Assembly: GCA_964016885.1 (NCBI GenBank)
Contig: OZ024740.1
Coordinates: forward strand, 369,954,001 to 370,018,000
Length of the DNA: 64,000 nt
Reading direction: 5' to 3'
Source of the DNA: Eledone cirrhosa
Lineage: Eukaryota
The first letter of the stretch is position 1. Every line of letters begins with the position of its first letter. Below are positions 36,801 through 49,998 of this stretch, in pieces. Both the position numbers and the translations under genes were made by a program. The notes under the pieces are model-generated. The model made no database searches. It saw only the letters and a list, made by a program, of their open reading frames with translations, and was not told the origin of the DNA.

Positions 36801-38871
36801 GCTATGGAAGAGGCCTCTTCCATTACGCTTGGTCCTCAGCTGCGAGAAATCTTCTGCACTATTTTATTGTGCTGCATGCCAAATGACCCTCTGCAGTTCT
36901 GGGAGCAATGGAAGAATTGTCTTGCAGAAGATATCATGAATGAACGTCATGAGCCAGTCATGTCCATGCAAAGCGTGCAGATTGTTCTACAGAAGATCCA
37001 ACAAAGACTTCAGCATGATGGCTTGGAGATTCATGCTAACTATGGACTTCTTCGGCCAGACCCAATTATGAACTTCTGCCAATATTGAATCCTGAGCAAC
37101 TGGTTATATTTCACAAAGTAATCACCTCTGTAAATGAAAATGAAAGCAGAATGTTCTGCTTGAATGCCAGTGCAGGTACAGGAAAGACCTATGTCATAAA
37201 CATCGGATTACCTCTGATCTAAACACAAATTGCACTTGCCACTGCCATATCCTGGAATAGCAGCCACTTTGCTTCAGAAAGATGGAACTCTTCATTCCAA
37301 GTGCAAGATTCCTCTCAAGGTGACTGCTGAATCAACTTGATTCTTCCCAAAGGGGGATGACACGGGTAAACTTATGCAGCAAGCTGACCCGCTAATCATT
37401 GATGAGATAGGTATGGGACATAGCATATATTTGAATGCCTTGACAGGAGCTTCAAAGATGTTCGAGATTGCAAAAAGCCATTTGGTAGTCTAACAGTATT
37501 AGTATCTGGTGACTGGAAGCTGTACGTTATGGTGCTAGAGCACAAATAGTTGAGGCAACCGTCAAGAGATCCTATCTCTGGGTCTATGTGGAATCCATGG
37601 AGATGACAACCAATCAACGGTTAATTAATGCAGAGGATTCTGATGAAAGACAGTTTGCAAACTACCTTCTTGATGTGGGAAATGGTAACATTCCAACTGT
37701 TCCAACTGTATAATTCTTCTGCCAAATGAACTGCGTCTGGACTGTGTGATTTTGTGTATACAAATCTTCCAGGAAACTACGCAAACCCACTATGGCTTAC
37801 AAATAGAGCCATTATCACTCCAACAAATGATGCAGCAAGATTGGTGAATGAGTTGCTGGTCAACAAGTTCCCTGGTCATAAACTAATCTACAGAAGCTCT
37901 GATACAGTAGCTAATGAACTACAATATCCAATTGAGTTCATCAACAAACGTACCCCATCAGGCTTCCAAAAATACATACTTAAACTGAAGAAAGGCAGTT
38001 GTATCATGCTTCTGAGAAATCTGGATCCTCTAAACGGACATTGCAATGGTACAAGCTACATCATCATCAGTTTAGATAATCATGTAATTCAAGCTGAAGT
38101 GGCATTGGGTCACAATGCTGGAACAAGGTTGCTAATCCCAAGGATACCACATGTATCTCAAGAGCTTGGGTTCTTTTTCACCTTTACTCGCAAGCAATTT
38201 CCTGTCAAACCAGCCTGTGATCTTACATGCAACAAGGCACAAGAGCAGACATTTGAAAAGAAGGTGTATATCTACCAACACAATTCTTCTCACATGGTCG
38301 GATGTATGCTGCATTATCACGAGTTACAAAAAAAGAAAATATAAACATATTAAATGAAAGGGGTCTGTTTGCTGACAACTGTGTCTACAAAGAAATTCTA
38401 CAGTGACGTGAAACAGCTATCACTCTCTTTTAGTTGAAATGCATTTCAGTTTCTTTTTAGCTTCTAGAAAAGGGACACTACAAAACCTTAAGAAGTCTAT
38501 ATGTGAATACAGTAAAACAATAATATAGCGAAGGTCAACTCTTCATATTGATAAATTTATTCATTCAAACCAGCAACATCTATTTTCAAATTCACTGCTT
38601 GAAGCTTCCCATTGACATTCTCAAATGAAGATTCATGAAAACTTTCCGTCAACAGTTCCATCGCTTTTCCATCTCCATTATCGCTTTTTTCGTTAAATGT
38701 ATCATGGATTACTTTACTGATTACAGACATAAGTGTAACACAGTCTTTATTCTGTTCATGTGCATATTGTCAATTTACGTATCATAGCTATGTGTATATA
38801 TATTTGCGTATATCAATTTGCACACTATATATGGTAGCAGAAAACGGCTCAAAGGACGGTTCTTCTGCTAG
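33856..38871 (+). mobile_element. Helitron, formerly autonomous, decayed
   Basis: 5' end A|TCTATACTATATA, 3' end ...TCTGCTAG|T with a subterminal hairpin, and an internal Rep-Helicase gene. Confidence 0.9.
34347..38406 (+). pseudogene. Helitron RepHel (HUH endonuclease plus PIF1 helicase), disrupted
   Basis: CCFQGKVKLP, RAYNNVLALAS, YFITVTTNPNWDEI, IEWQKRDLTDAHILL, ELYYLRMIL, Walker A ASAGTGKT, LIIDEIGM, IMLLRNLDPLNGHCNGT and RKQFPVK. Confidence 0.93.
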
Positions 38872-41769
38872 TCATTGTAATGAAATTATTTCCTGGACTC
38901 CTACAAATTCCAACATTTTGTTATGTTACTATTAGAAACGAGACTTGTGTGGCAATTTAGTCAAGTATCAATGAGGACAGGGTAAATAATCTCAACATTT
39001 TTCTCATTCCTTTAAGATCAAAATTGTATCTGTAATTGGTATCCAAATGTTTTGTTCGCGAAACTTTTTTTAAACTAAACTGGAATATCCCCTGTCAACA
39101 ATTTCCACTCACTAAATTATTGGGTGTCGTTTAATGATAACATAAATATTTAAAATGAAGCTATTGTACACATTTTGTCTCGCGGAAGAAAACATTTTGT
39201 TTTTAATTTCATTTCATTGCAAATGTATAGAAGTAATATAAGATCTAATGTTACTTACACATTATTCTAATTCGATTTTAAATGACTATATTATCAGTGT
39301 GATGTAAGTCCTGAGGCAATATATTTCACAATGCGGGTGTTCATTTACGTTCATATATTTTCCTTTCGAATCGAACTTTATGAGTGAATGTTTACAAATA
39401 TTGAAATATAACTTGCATTATATAAAGAAAATGAATAAAGTACAAATGGCAAAAATAATTAAACTTCAATTCTGTATTTTCTTTTGGGTGGAAACAAATA
39501 TTTTAGATACAATTAAATGTATATTCGTGATAATACTCAGATTTTCGTGAGGAATGCAGTAAACGTGTCTTCTGTTTCTGTCCCACTAATATAACGTCGA
39601 TGATAATAAAAAATACTTAAAAAGAGATTAAATTCACACAATTTAGATGAAGGTCCAGCCGATTGTATCGAATATAATGTATAACTGGTATTTCTTCTAT
39701 TGACACCTACAAACATTTGACCCAAAACAGAAATTGACAAGAGTTGTATTAATCTCTCAATGTATTAAACTATGATAAAAATATTTGGAGACAATTGCAT
39801 TGACTTCAGAATAATTGAATTATTATATCATCGACACTGGACGGAGAGAAAAACAAGTTGAAGAAATAAATGCTATAAATTATGTGATCGCATGTTTCCT
39901 CAAAATATATTAATGAGAAAATAAAAGCACTAAAGATTTATGAAACAGGGAAAACTCCACACATTTTCTGGAAGAAAAATAATCGATTATTTGCCTATCA
40001 ATACTTGACTGGTTTTTATTATATCGATTCCATCATGTTGAAAAGCAAATTCGAGCGTAAATTGTCATAACAAAATAGTGCCAAGGACTTATATCATCAA
40101 TATACCGATTCTGCTATCCTCTTATAAGAATAAAATGAGAAAAAAAAAGGATGAAGATAAAATGACAAAAAAACAGGAATGAGAGAATAAAATATTAAAC
40201 AAAAAAAGCCACTATATCACTATCGGTTAACATTCATTCAAACTGAATATATTACTAGTAGATAAATAATATATTGACGGATGCTGGATTTAAAGGAAAA
40301 ACGGGTTACCCAGATACGGTAAATACGTGCCACAAACAATTCTTCAGTCTTTATTTTAACACTATTGTTAAATATCATATTAAAATCTCCGATCCTACTT
40401 CATTTTATGAAACCTCAACAGCAACAGTAGAAGTAAGAGGAAAATAATATTAATGATTATAGCATATGATGCCGTAAAGTCTCACCAGTAAAACATTAGT
40501 AATTCGATAACATGATGGCAATATAAGGATCAAATTAGACTCCAGCCAAGGATCGATCCTTAACTGTTCAAAGAAATAATTTTTACGAATGAATGTGGGC
40601 GATATATTAGGCTATATTCGCATTATTTACTATATCTAATGCCGTGCGTGGTAAATACAGGTATTGTACGTGATATGACTTTCTTGCGAAAGCCAAACAA
40701 TTGTCAGCACACAACACACAAAAACAAAATAATGTAGTCAGAAAAAAGGAGAGACACAAAGTAACAAATTAGAACCTGAAGAGGTCACAGGATGTGTGAA
40801 GAATGAGCTTTGACAATAAACAAATAAACAACCACCCGGTTATTAAACCAACCAACTGGAAATTTGTAATAAATTGAAGTGAAAACTAACAGGTGCGTGT
40901 GTGTTTTATTGGCAACATGATCCTCCTAAATTTTAACACTATCTGTTTCAACACACAGTTTGGATAGTTTCTCGGTTATGTCAAAATTTATAAAACAAAC
41001 TTTGTATTTTATCTGCTGAAAGCGTACAAAAGTTTTGGTACCCTTGAAATATATATAATAGAATAAATATGGTTTTATAAATATAGGTTTCCATTTATTT
41101 AATATCATTGTATATATATATATATATACTATATGTGCATGTGTATGTGTGTAGTTCGCGAGTTAAATCGACGGTAACTTCAGTTGATAAGGTACTCAAT
41201 ACATCATGATTAGAGTTTGAACATGATATTTAATATAGAAAGTGCTTCTACAGAACTAGAACTTTTATTCGTATGAGATCATCACACATGGATCCTACCT
41301 TCTTCCAATTATTATTTTTAGAAAGCATGTATTCCGTTAATTTAATCTTTTCATTTTGATATTTCATATCAATTATTCTTCATAGATATAGTTAATTTAC
41401 TGATCTAATACACAGATCCTCTATATATGTAGTAAAACCAAAGTAATATCGTTTTCTCGTCGTATAGTTCCATTTTACATAAGACATTAGATTTTGGATG
41501 CTATCTGCATTAAATATATTTTTAGGAAAACTAATGTGTCATTTCTGTATAGATCTGGAGTCTAGTAGTTATGTACTAACTGAAACTTTATTTAAATTTT
41601 CAAGTTGGCTCTCATTGTAGAACTTTAAAGAATATGTCCTATGTTATTTCCACAAGTAAATCATGTTCTCATTCGTTCGTGTCTTGGATCGTCTTTCTCT
41701 TTAATCTGGCCGAGACTTTTTTTTAGATGTAACCATTGTTTACATCAGTATTTCCCCGTTAAATATATT

Positions 41770-41960
41770 TCGTTGGGGATGGGAGGGAAAGAAGTCCCTT
41801 AAATCGACCCCAGTACGTTACTAATGCTTTATTTTATCGAATCCATAAGGATGAAAGGCCAAGCTAAATTCTGTAGGATTTGAACTCAGAACGCCAAGGG
41901 ATGTAACTGTATGCAACGAAGCATGATATTCGTCGCTCTACCGATACTGCCAATATACCG
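41770..41960 (-). mobile_element. SINE copy (long form)
   Basis: Same head, B-box and core as the other copies. Confidence 0.82.
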
Positions 41961-42814
41961 TGCTTCCTTCATAATAAACATAATTCTTATTATCGTTTTT
42001 CACAACTAGATTTTCTAGGATGTGGATGTAGTTTCAACTTTAATCATTTTACCTGTGGGCGTGCGCCCTACTATTTTAGTATCTGTTTAGCTTGTCATTG
42101 AAATCATTGAAACTTAGCGCAATAATACAAAAATATTGTATTCTAAGGAGGTTCCTATAAGAACGGCATCATTTTCATATCTACTATTATAAGAGCCTAT
42201 TTGAGAATGTGAGAGAAACGGGAAGAGAGCAAAGGCGAGGCAATAATAAGAGGGTAGTACTACTAAAGAAATAAAATGAATGGTTAATAAATAGAAAAAT
42301 AAAAGTTCTAAACAAAAGAAATAATATATTAAAAAAGGAAATTATGTAAAAGCTGAGAATATGAAAATAAATGATGCCAACATAATTTTCATTTTATACT
42401 ATTTTATTTTATTTTATTTTATTTTATTTATTTTTTCCTTTATTTCATTTTATATTGTATTTACGAAAAGACTGCCAACGTTGTCTAAAGAAATAATCAT
42501 ACTGAACCTCACTGTGATGAAATAATGAATAAATGACCGAATTCTTTGTTTGCATGAAATAGCATGGAAAAGAAATCTGAGCATCAATTATTTTGCTTCT
42601 TTTTATTGTTGGTATTCTTTAAAGTTTCTCTAAATGTGTTTCCTTTAAATAGAAAAGACAGCATTGAATGAAGTAAAATATAATGAAGGCGGAAATACAA
42701 CGAAAGGATAAAAATGACTCAGACACACAGACACACAGACGCACATATATGTATACATACACATATATATGTATATACATACATACACACACATATGTGT
42801 ATATATATATATAC

Positions 42815-42883
<69 letters not shown>

Positions 42884-44292
42884 CTAAATAAACGATAAAA
42901 AGATGCAAATTTCAACGGGTGAAGGACAATGCGCGCATCCAATTCAGCAGTATAGTACAAGGAAATATGTTTCTATATAGCTAAACAAATCAGGACTTTA
43001 ATTGTATATCATATGAACATTCTTAAATATTGCTTTATTGGGTTATTATAGCAATATCTGTTGAAATGAGTAAACGGAATGTATTTTGTTTCGGTTAATT
43101 TTTATTTATTTGAAACTAAAAAATATTCTAAATTTCAATTATCTATCATACAGACACAATAAAAGTGCAGTTAACTTGTGATAGCGAAACATGATACACA
43201 CAAAGACATACACATTCACACCCGCTCACACAAACACATTCACAGACGCGCTCGAGTACACGCACACACAGAATTAACGCCCACATTCACAAAGGTACCT
43301 GCGCAAATAGACGAACATTTTATTGTAAGTTGAATAGTAGACGAATCATTTAGTTGACCCCTAAGTCAACTTGCGTTAAATATCGCATATCTTCTTGGAT
43401 TTAGATTTAATCACATTTAGTTCAACACTTCATCCCTGTAAATGTGTTATCTTAAGAATGAAATATAAATTAGACACATGTGCAAGTCTATTTTATTGTA
43501 TTCAAATAATTTCAATAATGTCACAAAATACTATGAATGTGCCATAGGCAGGTATACGTTGACAACAAAAAAAGCTGACTCTATATTGTCAAGCAATTAA
43601 ATTTGTCAGAAGTTTATTTATAGAATTTTCCGAATAATCTGCCAGTGAGAGAATTGTTTTTGTTGTTGTTGTTTTGCTCTGATGATATTTTGATATGGGC
43701 GATGGAGGCGGATACTATCACACTATGGTGATCAAAGGAATTCTATTGACCCTATTAATCAGTGGTTTGATGAATATAGTAAGTAAAAGCTCAGTAGCAG
43801 CTGTTAGGATGACGTTTTCGTCAATCGTATGTGGATGTTACGATATGGCAATCAGTAATGAAATGTGAAATGCGCCTTGGTTTCTTTGTAGTCAGATAAA
43901 CGTAGTTGTCAGATAATCGTAGTTATTACTGTCCATCGACTGTAAAATTGGTCTCGTCCTTGTAATTACAATAAATCAGTATGTGCCATTTCAACGTAAA
44001 TGTTATTCCAATACACATTCATAGATTGACTGGATGAAAGCATTTTAGCAAACCAGGCACATTAATAATGTGCTTGTATGCGACATAAGTTGCATATTAG
44101 CAGGCGAAGTATATGGTAAATTATATAAGCATATGTACTGAGTAATAGCCGAGACTCCGTAAATGTTTATATTAATTTACACACATTGTTCATATATATT
44201 TAGTATAAAAACATGACAACGTCGAATATTCATATTTCCCTGTAAACTGTAAGGGAATGACAAACAATTTTAATCGGTTTTAAAAAATCATG

Positions 44293-44330
<38 letters not shown>

Positions 44331-44334
<4 letters not shown>

Positions 44335-44594
44335 GAATATAAAAGAGAGATTAAACACAGATATATATATATATATATATATGTGTTCAAATGGTAAGGG
44401 ACCAGAATCGGTGAGTGATTGGTAGTTACCACAATTCCGGTTTGTATTTATTTTCTTGATTTATTCTTAAATTGAGTCTGGCAAACCCTATTGTATATAG
44501 TTAATATTTTTTTCACCTCAGCGAATCTGCTCCTTTACGATTTGAACACATATATGTATATATCTGTGTTTATCTCTCTTTTATATTCAATTAT
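44331..44594. repeat. Inverted repeat (about 55-60 bp arms) with a 147-bp unique spacer
   Basis: aattgaatataaaagagaga...tgtgttcaaat pairs with atttgaacaca...tctctcttttatattcaatt. Confidence 0.85.
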
Positions 44595-45106
44595 AATATA
44601 CGGCTCGGAAAAATCTCTTTCCTAGAGCTATTTTATATTTTATTGTAAGAGACTACTTTGAGTTTCTTCTGGACGTCCAGAATTAGCCGTCGAAACAGCT
44701 TGAGCTCAGCCGTCGGGGTCCTACTTGTTCTATATATTTATATATATAAAGTATTTCCTGTCCGCCGCTCTCTAGAAGTCTTATATATTTTTATGTGGGC
44801 TGATAGTGGGCGGTTTAAGGATTTACAGAAACCCAAGAAGCTAGATTTACCATCTTTCTAGTGGGTCCGGGTAAGCTTTTTACATTCACATGATTTATTG
44901 ATTTATTGATATTTTATCTGAGTGACCCGAATCTTCCTGATCGTAATTTTTCGGTCGTATGGTTGATTTTAGACATAATCTATGTGTGTTGGTATTTTAA
45001 CGATAGTTATAGCTCTGATTTATCTGAATTATTGAGCCCTCTGCCACTCATGTCGAATTTTGTTTATCGTGAACTCGTGCGCCGATTTTTCGATACTCGA
45101 TTATTC

Positions 45107-45248
<142 letters not shown>

Positions 45249-45449
45249 TCACCTGGTGATGATTATCTTTCGACATCCAATGTAGCAAGCGATGACCCAG
45301 AACTTACCAGAGATCATTGTGTCTTGAAGTCATTCTGCAACTACCGTGCCTGGTCCTATGAGTAGACTGCAACGACAGAGATCATTAATCCACCATAATA
45401 ATACGAACACCTTCAGCACAACTTAATTAAACTACTCTATAGTTAAAAC

Positions 45450-46260
45450 ACTTTATGCTTTAGAATTTTTTTGGAAGTTGCGCATAACCATAGAAATTAG
45501 GGTCTATATTGAGACACATTTCAATAGCTAGGTATAGAAACTCCGGAGTTACCTCCCCTCATGCATTAACTCCCCTTAGCCACACACACATTTCCGGGTA
45601 GTATTCAATGTCGTTTTTCGAAACGTAACAGCCTCCTGTATTGAACTAAAGAACATCAGACTGCGATTCTCTAACTGGATTGTCAAACGCTCAATATCGA
45701 ATTGTTGTGTGGGGCATATAATCGAAAAATACACTCCCCTGACCATGAAAATGTCGAAGTACATGAAGTACTTGTCATCCCTTTGCTGTGCATCTCCAAT
45801 ACTTTTAATATTTTTAATGCTTGCACTATTTTTAATGCTTATATCATTTCTCCACACACAGACTATATCAATCATATAAAGAATTTGCCACCAGATCAGC
45901 CAACCTAATACTCTTGTTTACCTACCTAAGTGCCTCTACTACACGTATCTCTCTGCCACACTATATAATCAAGACGCACGTGCTTGCCACACATATAACA
46001 TTTGCACTATATAACCGCTTATCTTCATGTTGTATTTTAACCTGTATCTTTGATTTTTGATTGTACCTTTTAATATGAATGTAATCTCGAAGTGTGTACT
46101 GCCACTCTAAATTCTGTAATGAATGTTGACCCACAATATTTGCATGTGTATCGGTATGTCTCTTGGCTGAAAAGGAGGTCATATAACTGTCGATTCATTA
46201 ATAAATTGCTCCGAAGAATCCAAACCTCGGTTTGGGGGAAACAGCTGTAAGCACAATAAT
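45450..46260 (+). mobile_element. Highly decayed Penelope-like 3' end/pLTR
   Basis: TKEHQTAIL...HSPDHENVEV resembles a GIY-YIG C-terminus, and the segment ends in a hammerhead motif. Confidence 0.5.
46207..46253 (+). ncRNA. Type-I hammerhead ribozyme variant (U4C core)
   Basis: TGCT-CCGAAGA-ATCCAAAC(CTCG)GTTTGGGG-GAAA-CAGCTG-TA-AGCA. Confidence 0.68.
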
Positions 46261-46351
46261 GTTTTGAACAGTTCTTTGATTCTTATATTTCATATATATA
46301 TATATATACATTTTATTACAGCATTGACGAAGCTTTAGAATGCGGCCAAAT

Positions 46352-46631
46352 TGATGCATCGGAACACAATTTATTACGCATTACAATTGTTTCTCCGGAG
46401 GTGCCATCTGTTTGTGGATCGAACCAGTCTCTAGATTCACAAGTTCCTTAGATACGGTTAGTGATTTCGACGCAAATTCTCTTTCAGAAAGATAATTTGC
46501 TTCGAAATCACTAGACGTATCTGAGCACCTTGCAAATGTAGAGTCAGGTTCGATCCACAAACAGAAAGCATGTGGAGCTGTTCGCCGGAGAAACTATTGT
46601 AATACGTAGTAAATTGTTTTTCGATGCATCA
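46352..46631. repeat. 280-bp imperfect palindrome (rod-like hairpin)
   Basis: The arms pair from TGATGCATCG/CGATGCATCA to the apex CTTTC-A-GAAAG at 46486. Confidence 0.9.
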
Positions 46632-46734
46632 CTGAATCTTTGTTTTCCATATTATCATACTCTGCTCCGAAGCAGCAGAGAGTGCTCAACCGGCATACCG
46701 CCTATGGACGAATCCTAGCAACCACACTACACAC

Positions 46735-46819
<85 letters not shown>

Positions 46820-46899
46820 TCTGGTGCAGTCGACTAGGGCATCACGAATCTCGGCTGAATCTATCGGCCTTTCGCAGCGCTCAGCATCCGTTTTGAAAA

Positions 46900-47305
46900 T
46901 ACGTGATGAACTAGAGCTAGGGACTGAAATCCGATATCGAACAGCCGAACAGCCGAAAAAATTGCTGGCGAGAGGCCTCACACATCAGCCTGGACACGTT
47001 CAGCTCGCGATCTTTTCGGTCCATCAAAGACCGAATTGTAGACGGCCACCAGACTACAGGCACCACCTTCGCTGTTGTTCACATCCAGGACCACCAACTT
47101 ATCGTCCGGGTCACGGAAGATCGACCTTGCTGTGAGACACAGGCCTTTCCTAAATATCACTGCCACCCCACCTGTCATTCCCAGCCGACTAAGAGATGCG
47201 AATATTTGACAGTTGTCGAAAACGGGGATTAGTACGGGCATGTCGGAAATGTTGGTCTCGCTGACCTCATCCACATCCATATTGATCGACTTTAATTCGT
47301 TGAAC
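46900..47305 (-). pseudogene. Old Tx1 APE-domain fragment
   Basis: SETNISD...FASLSRLGMTGGVAVIFRKGL...DPDDKLVVLDV...SLVAVY is homologous to copies 1-3. Confidence 0.82.
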
Positions 47306-47324
47306 AGTCTGAAATAGAAATAAA

Positions 47325-47465
47325 GCTGCTAGATAGTCCGGAAAAGTACTCAGCACATGTTCATGGACTTTGGCGTTGGAAAATGTGCATTTCTCAAATT
47401 GAAGAAAAAGAAACTTTCGATATAAGGGGTATCGAGTTATCAAATGATCACTGGTAGGACTGGTT
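47325..47465 (+). pseudogene. Small R4/Dong RT fragment
   Basis: MDFGVGKCAFLKLKK...GIELSN resembles MEIGLDKCAK in the 23285 copy. Confidence 0.5.
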
Positions 47466-47869
47466 AGGAAATCCTAGAAACTGAGGATACATTGCAGGCA
47501 CAAACGAAAGACAATATCAGAAAGCCATCCCAATAGGCGTTAAGCCCGAACATAATGATCTTTGCTGCAAACACATGAGTTGTGTCGGTGCTGGGATTCT
47601 CTTGTGGACGAACGCTATCAGTGAAAACCACTATATTAGAAGGAAAAATGTGGCATCTACAATAGTATATTTGAATAATAAGTGATAAGTAGTAATGAGT
47701 AGAATGGTGAAAGGAATGAAATGGGAAAACAAGGGAATATAAGAACGTAAACATATGCTAAATGTATGCGCTTAAGCAGTTGTTTAAAATATAGGCATAC
47801 ATACATTGTGCTTTAAGAGTTTGTGGGTTTGAATCGTTTGCTGTTTTGTGATTTGTGTCTTATTTTTTA

Positions 47870-48760
47870 TTCTATCTTCTATCGTTAGTTACTATTCCAG
47901 TCGTGTTTTCTTTTCAGGTTAGATCTTTCTTCGATTATATGGGTGGCATCCATAATTTGTCTGAGTTTTGCGTCGGTTCTATGTGGATAGGATCTTTATT
48001 TCTATTAAATTTACAGAGCCCTAGTGTACTAGTTTGACGTGTTGAGGTAGCACTGCTTAATCTTTCTCCTTCAGTGATCCTTTACTCCCTCTCTTATACT
48101 ACCGAGTGTCTCTCCTATGTGTGCCGTTGTTTTGATTCTGCATCGTCCCTCTGTACATATTATCTTATAGTCTACATTTCTAGTTTGACTATTTATCTGT
48201 GGACTTATATTACAGACTATACAGTTTCTGTCAGTACAGGGTTTTTTTCAAAAGTGGTATGTCCTACTGATCCGGGATCTTAAGGTAGCTCCTGGTTGTT
48301 CTACTACTTTAATTGGTTCATTTTCTCTAAACCTCGTCTAAAGCAATACGCTACTTTGCCTCTAGATGTTGCATCAACGAACATACCGCACTGACTGTTT
48401 TGGTTGTCATACCAATAGTTGGCCTCCCCTATCCTTTCTATTTTATTCCATGATTTGTTCTTGTATAGTGAGCAAATCATTCCCCATAATAGTTTCGAAT
48501 TTAGCTATAGCTCCTTTGTACTCCTTGAACCTGTATCTGTGGTTATAACCAGAGTACTGCATGCGGTCGATAAAATACTGTATATGTCTCAGTAACTGTG
48601 TTGAATCGTGCATGTGGGACTCATTTCTCATAACCCTTACCAGGCCCACTATCAAGATATTGAACTTAGCACTATTCTGGAGTGCATGTGTTTGGTATCA
48701 TGTGAATGGGGGTTTTAGGATTGATCGTCCTAGTTTCCATCCTGAGTTCTTATAGAGCTC
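47870..48760 (-). pseudogene. Penelope-like element remnant (RT thumb, linker, GIY-YIG)
   Basis: KFNILIVGLVRVMRN..RMQYSGY, MFVDAT, LKVVEQPG, RNVDYKIIC..C..HIGET and DAKLRQIMDA. Confidence 0.72.
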
Positions 48761-48774
48761 AGTTTAGCAGTGCT

Positions 48775-48910
48775 GGAGAAAGCAAGAATGTGTGCGACGT
48801 TCGGTGTGGTACTGTAAGAAAGTTTGACTATATTTCTGTTAAACATGTTGTCATAGCGATGGTGTGGTGGGAAGTGTTTGCTGAAAAGTTTGAAAAATAT
48901 TTTTTCTGAT
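48775..48910 (-). pseudogene. Neptune-type PLE linker fragment
   Basis: FFKLFSKHFPPHHRYDNMFNRNIVKLSYSTTPN resembles the KHFP..H...IFNRNTVKLSYS..PN motif as I recall it. Confidence 0.6.
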
Positions 48911-49547
48911 TGTTGTGGTTACCTCAGCATGTGGATTTAAATTAAGGTTAACGAAGCTATGTGGATTTAAATTAAGGTTAACGAAGCTATCCATTTACAA
49001 TCCGTCTATCTCGGCCATTGTCTATTCACTCGAGCAATCTACACATATCATATGTTGTAAATACAACATGGAAACTCAGAGTGAGCAATATATTTTAATT
49101 AGTAAGTAAACGGCTAAGTGTGGGTACAATTAATAGACACGAACTGTAGAATTTCAATGCCACGTACTGTGCCGGATAAACATTTGCTGGAGATGCACAT
49201 TTGCATATATTGCGAACCGTTATAATTAACTGAGAGTAGCTCTAAGATAACGTTGTGAATACTATGGGTGTATATGAAAACATATTCATTAAACACACGA
49301 AAGACTCGCTATCGAATAAAAAATAAGTAAATATTTATAAGTCGTTTGGAAGCCTCGATAATGCAAATGGGTAAATATCCGGGTAACAAGGTCCGGTGGT
49401 GGAGAGAGAGATATGTAAGTGGGTGTACGTTGAGATGCGTGGTGTGTATAAGATGTGTGAGATGTGTAGAATGAAGGGAAGAGTAAAAGAATAAAAATAA
49501 TAATAACAACACAAGAGAGAGAGTTACCTTGGGAGAGATTTAATAGT

Positions 49548-49583
49548 CCCTATATATTTCGGATTCACATCCATCAACTGGGG
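49548..49583 (-). ncRNA. Hammerhead-like motif with a non-canonical core in the PLE pLTR
   Basis: CCC-CAGTTGA-T-GGAT(GTGA)ATCC-GAAA-TATA-TA-GGG, then ATTAAA. Confidence 0.55.
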
Positions 49584-49998
49584 TTTTTTCCGGGGTGGGG
49601 GAAAAGGTTGTCTGTCGGACAACTCGGAACGCGTCTTTCGCTGTTTGTTGATTTGAATATCTGAGGTATTCGGCCGAGCGCGCGTGCGCGTAAAATGGGG
49701 TCGGTCGTACAGAGGTCAGCGGCCGAATGAGGGAGTAGGATGGCGCTAGCTGTCAGTCCATTCTCTGCCTGTTTGTTAAATGTTACTGTGTGTGTGTGTG
49801 CGTGTGTTGTTGTCTCGCTTGAGTGTGTGTGTGTGTGTGTGTGTGTGCGCGTGTGTTGTTGCCTTGTTCATCTGTATTGGCAGTGTAGTATGTTCGTATG
49901 GTGGAATGCTACTGTGTGTGTGCGTGTGTGTGTGTAGTTGTCTCGTTTGCGTGTGTGTGTGTGTGCGTGTGTTGTGTGTTGTTGCATCGCTTGTTATA

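Noticed and set aside
48929-48988. 30-bp tandem duplication, with similar short ones at ~16944 and ~61733
   Set aside because: Two-copy slippage duplications without spacers; not CRISPR-like.
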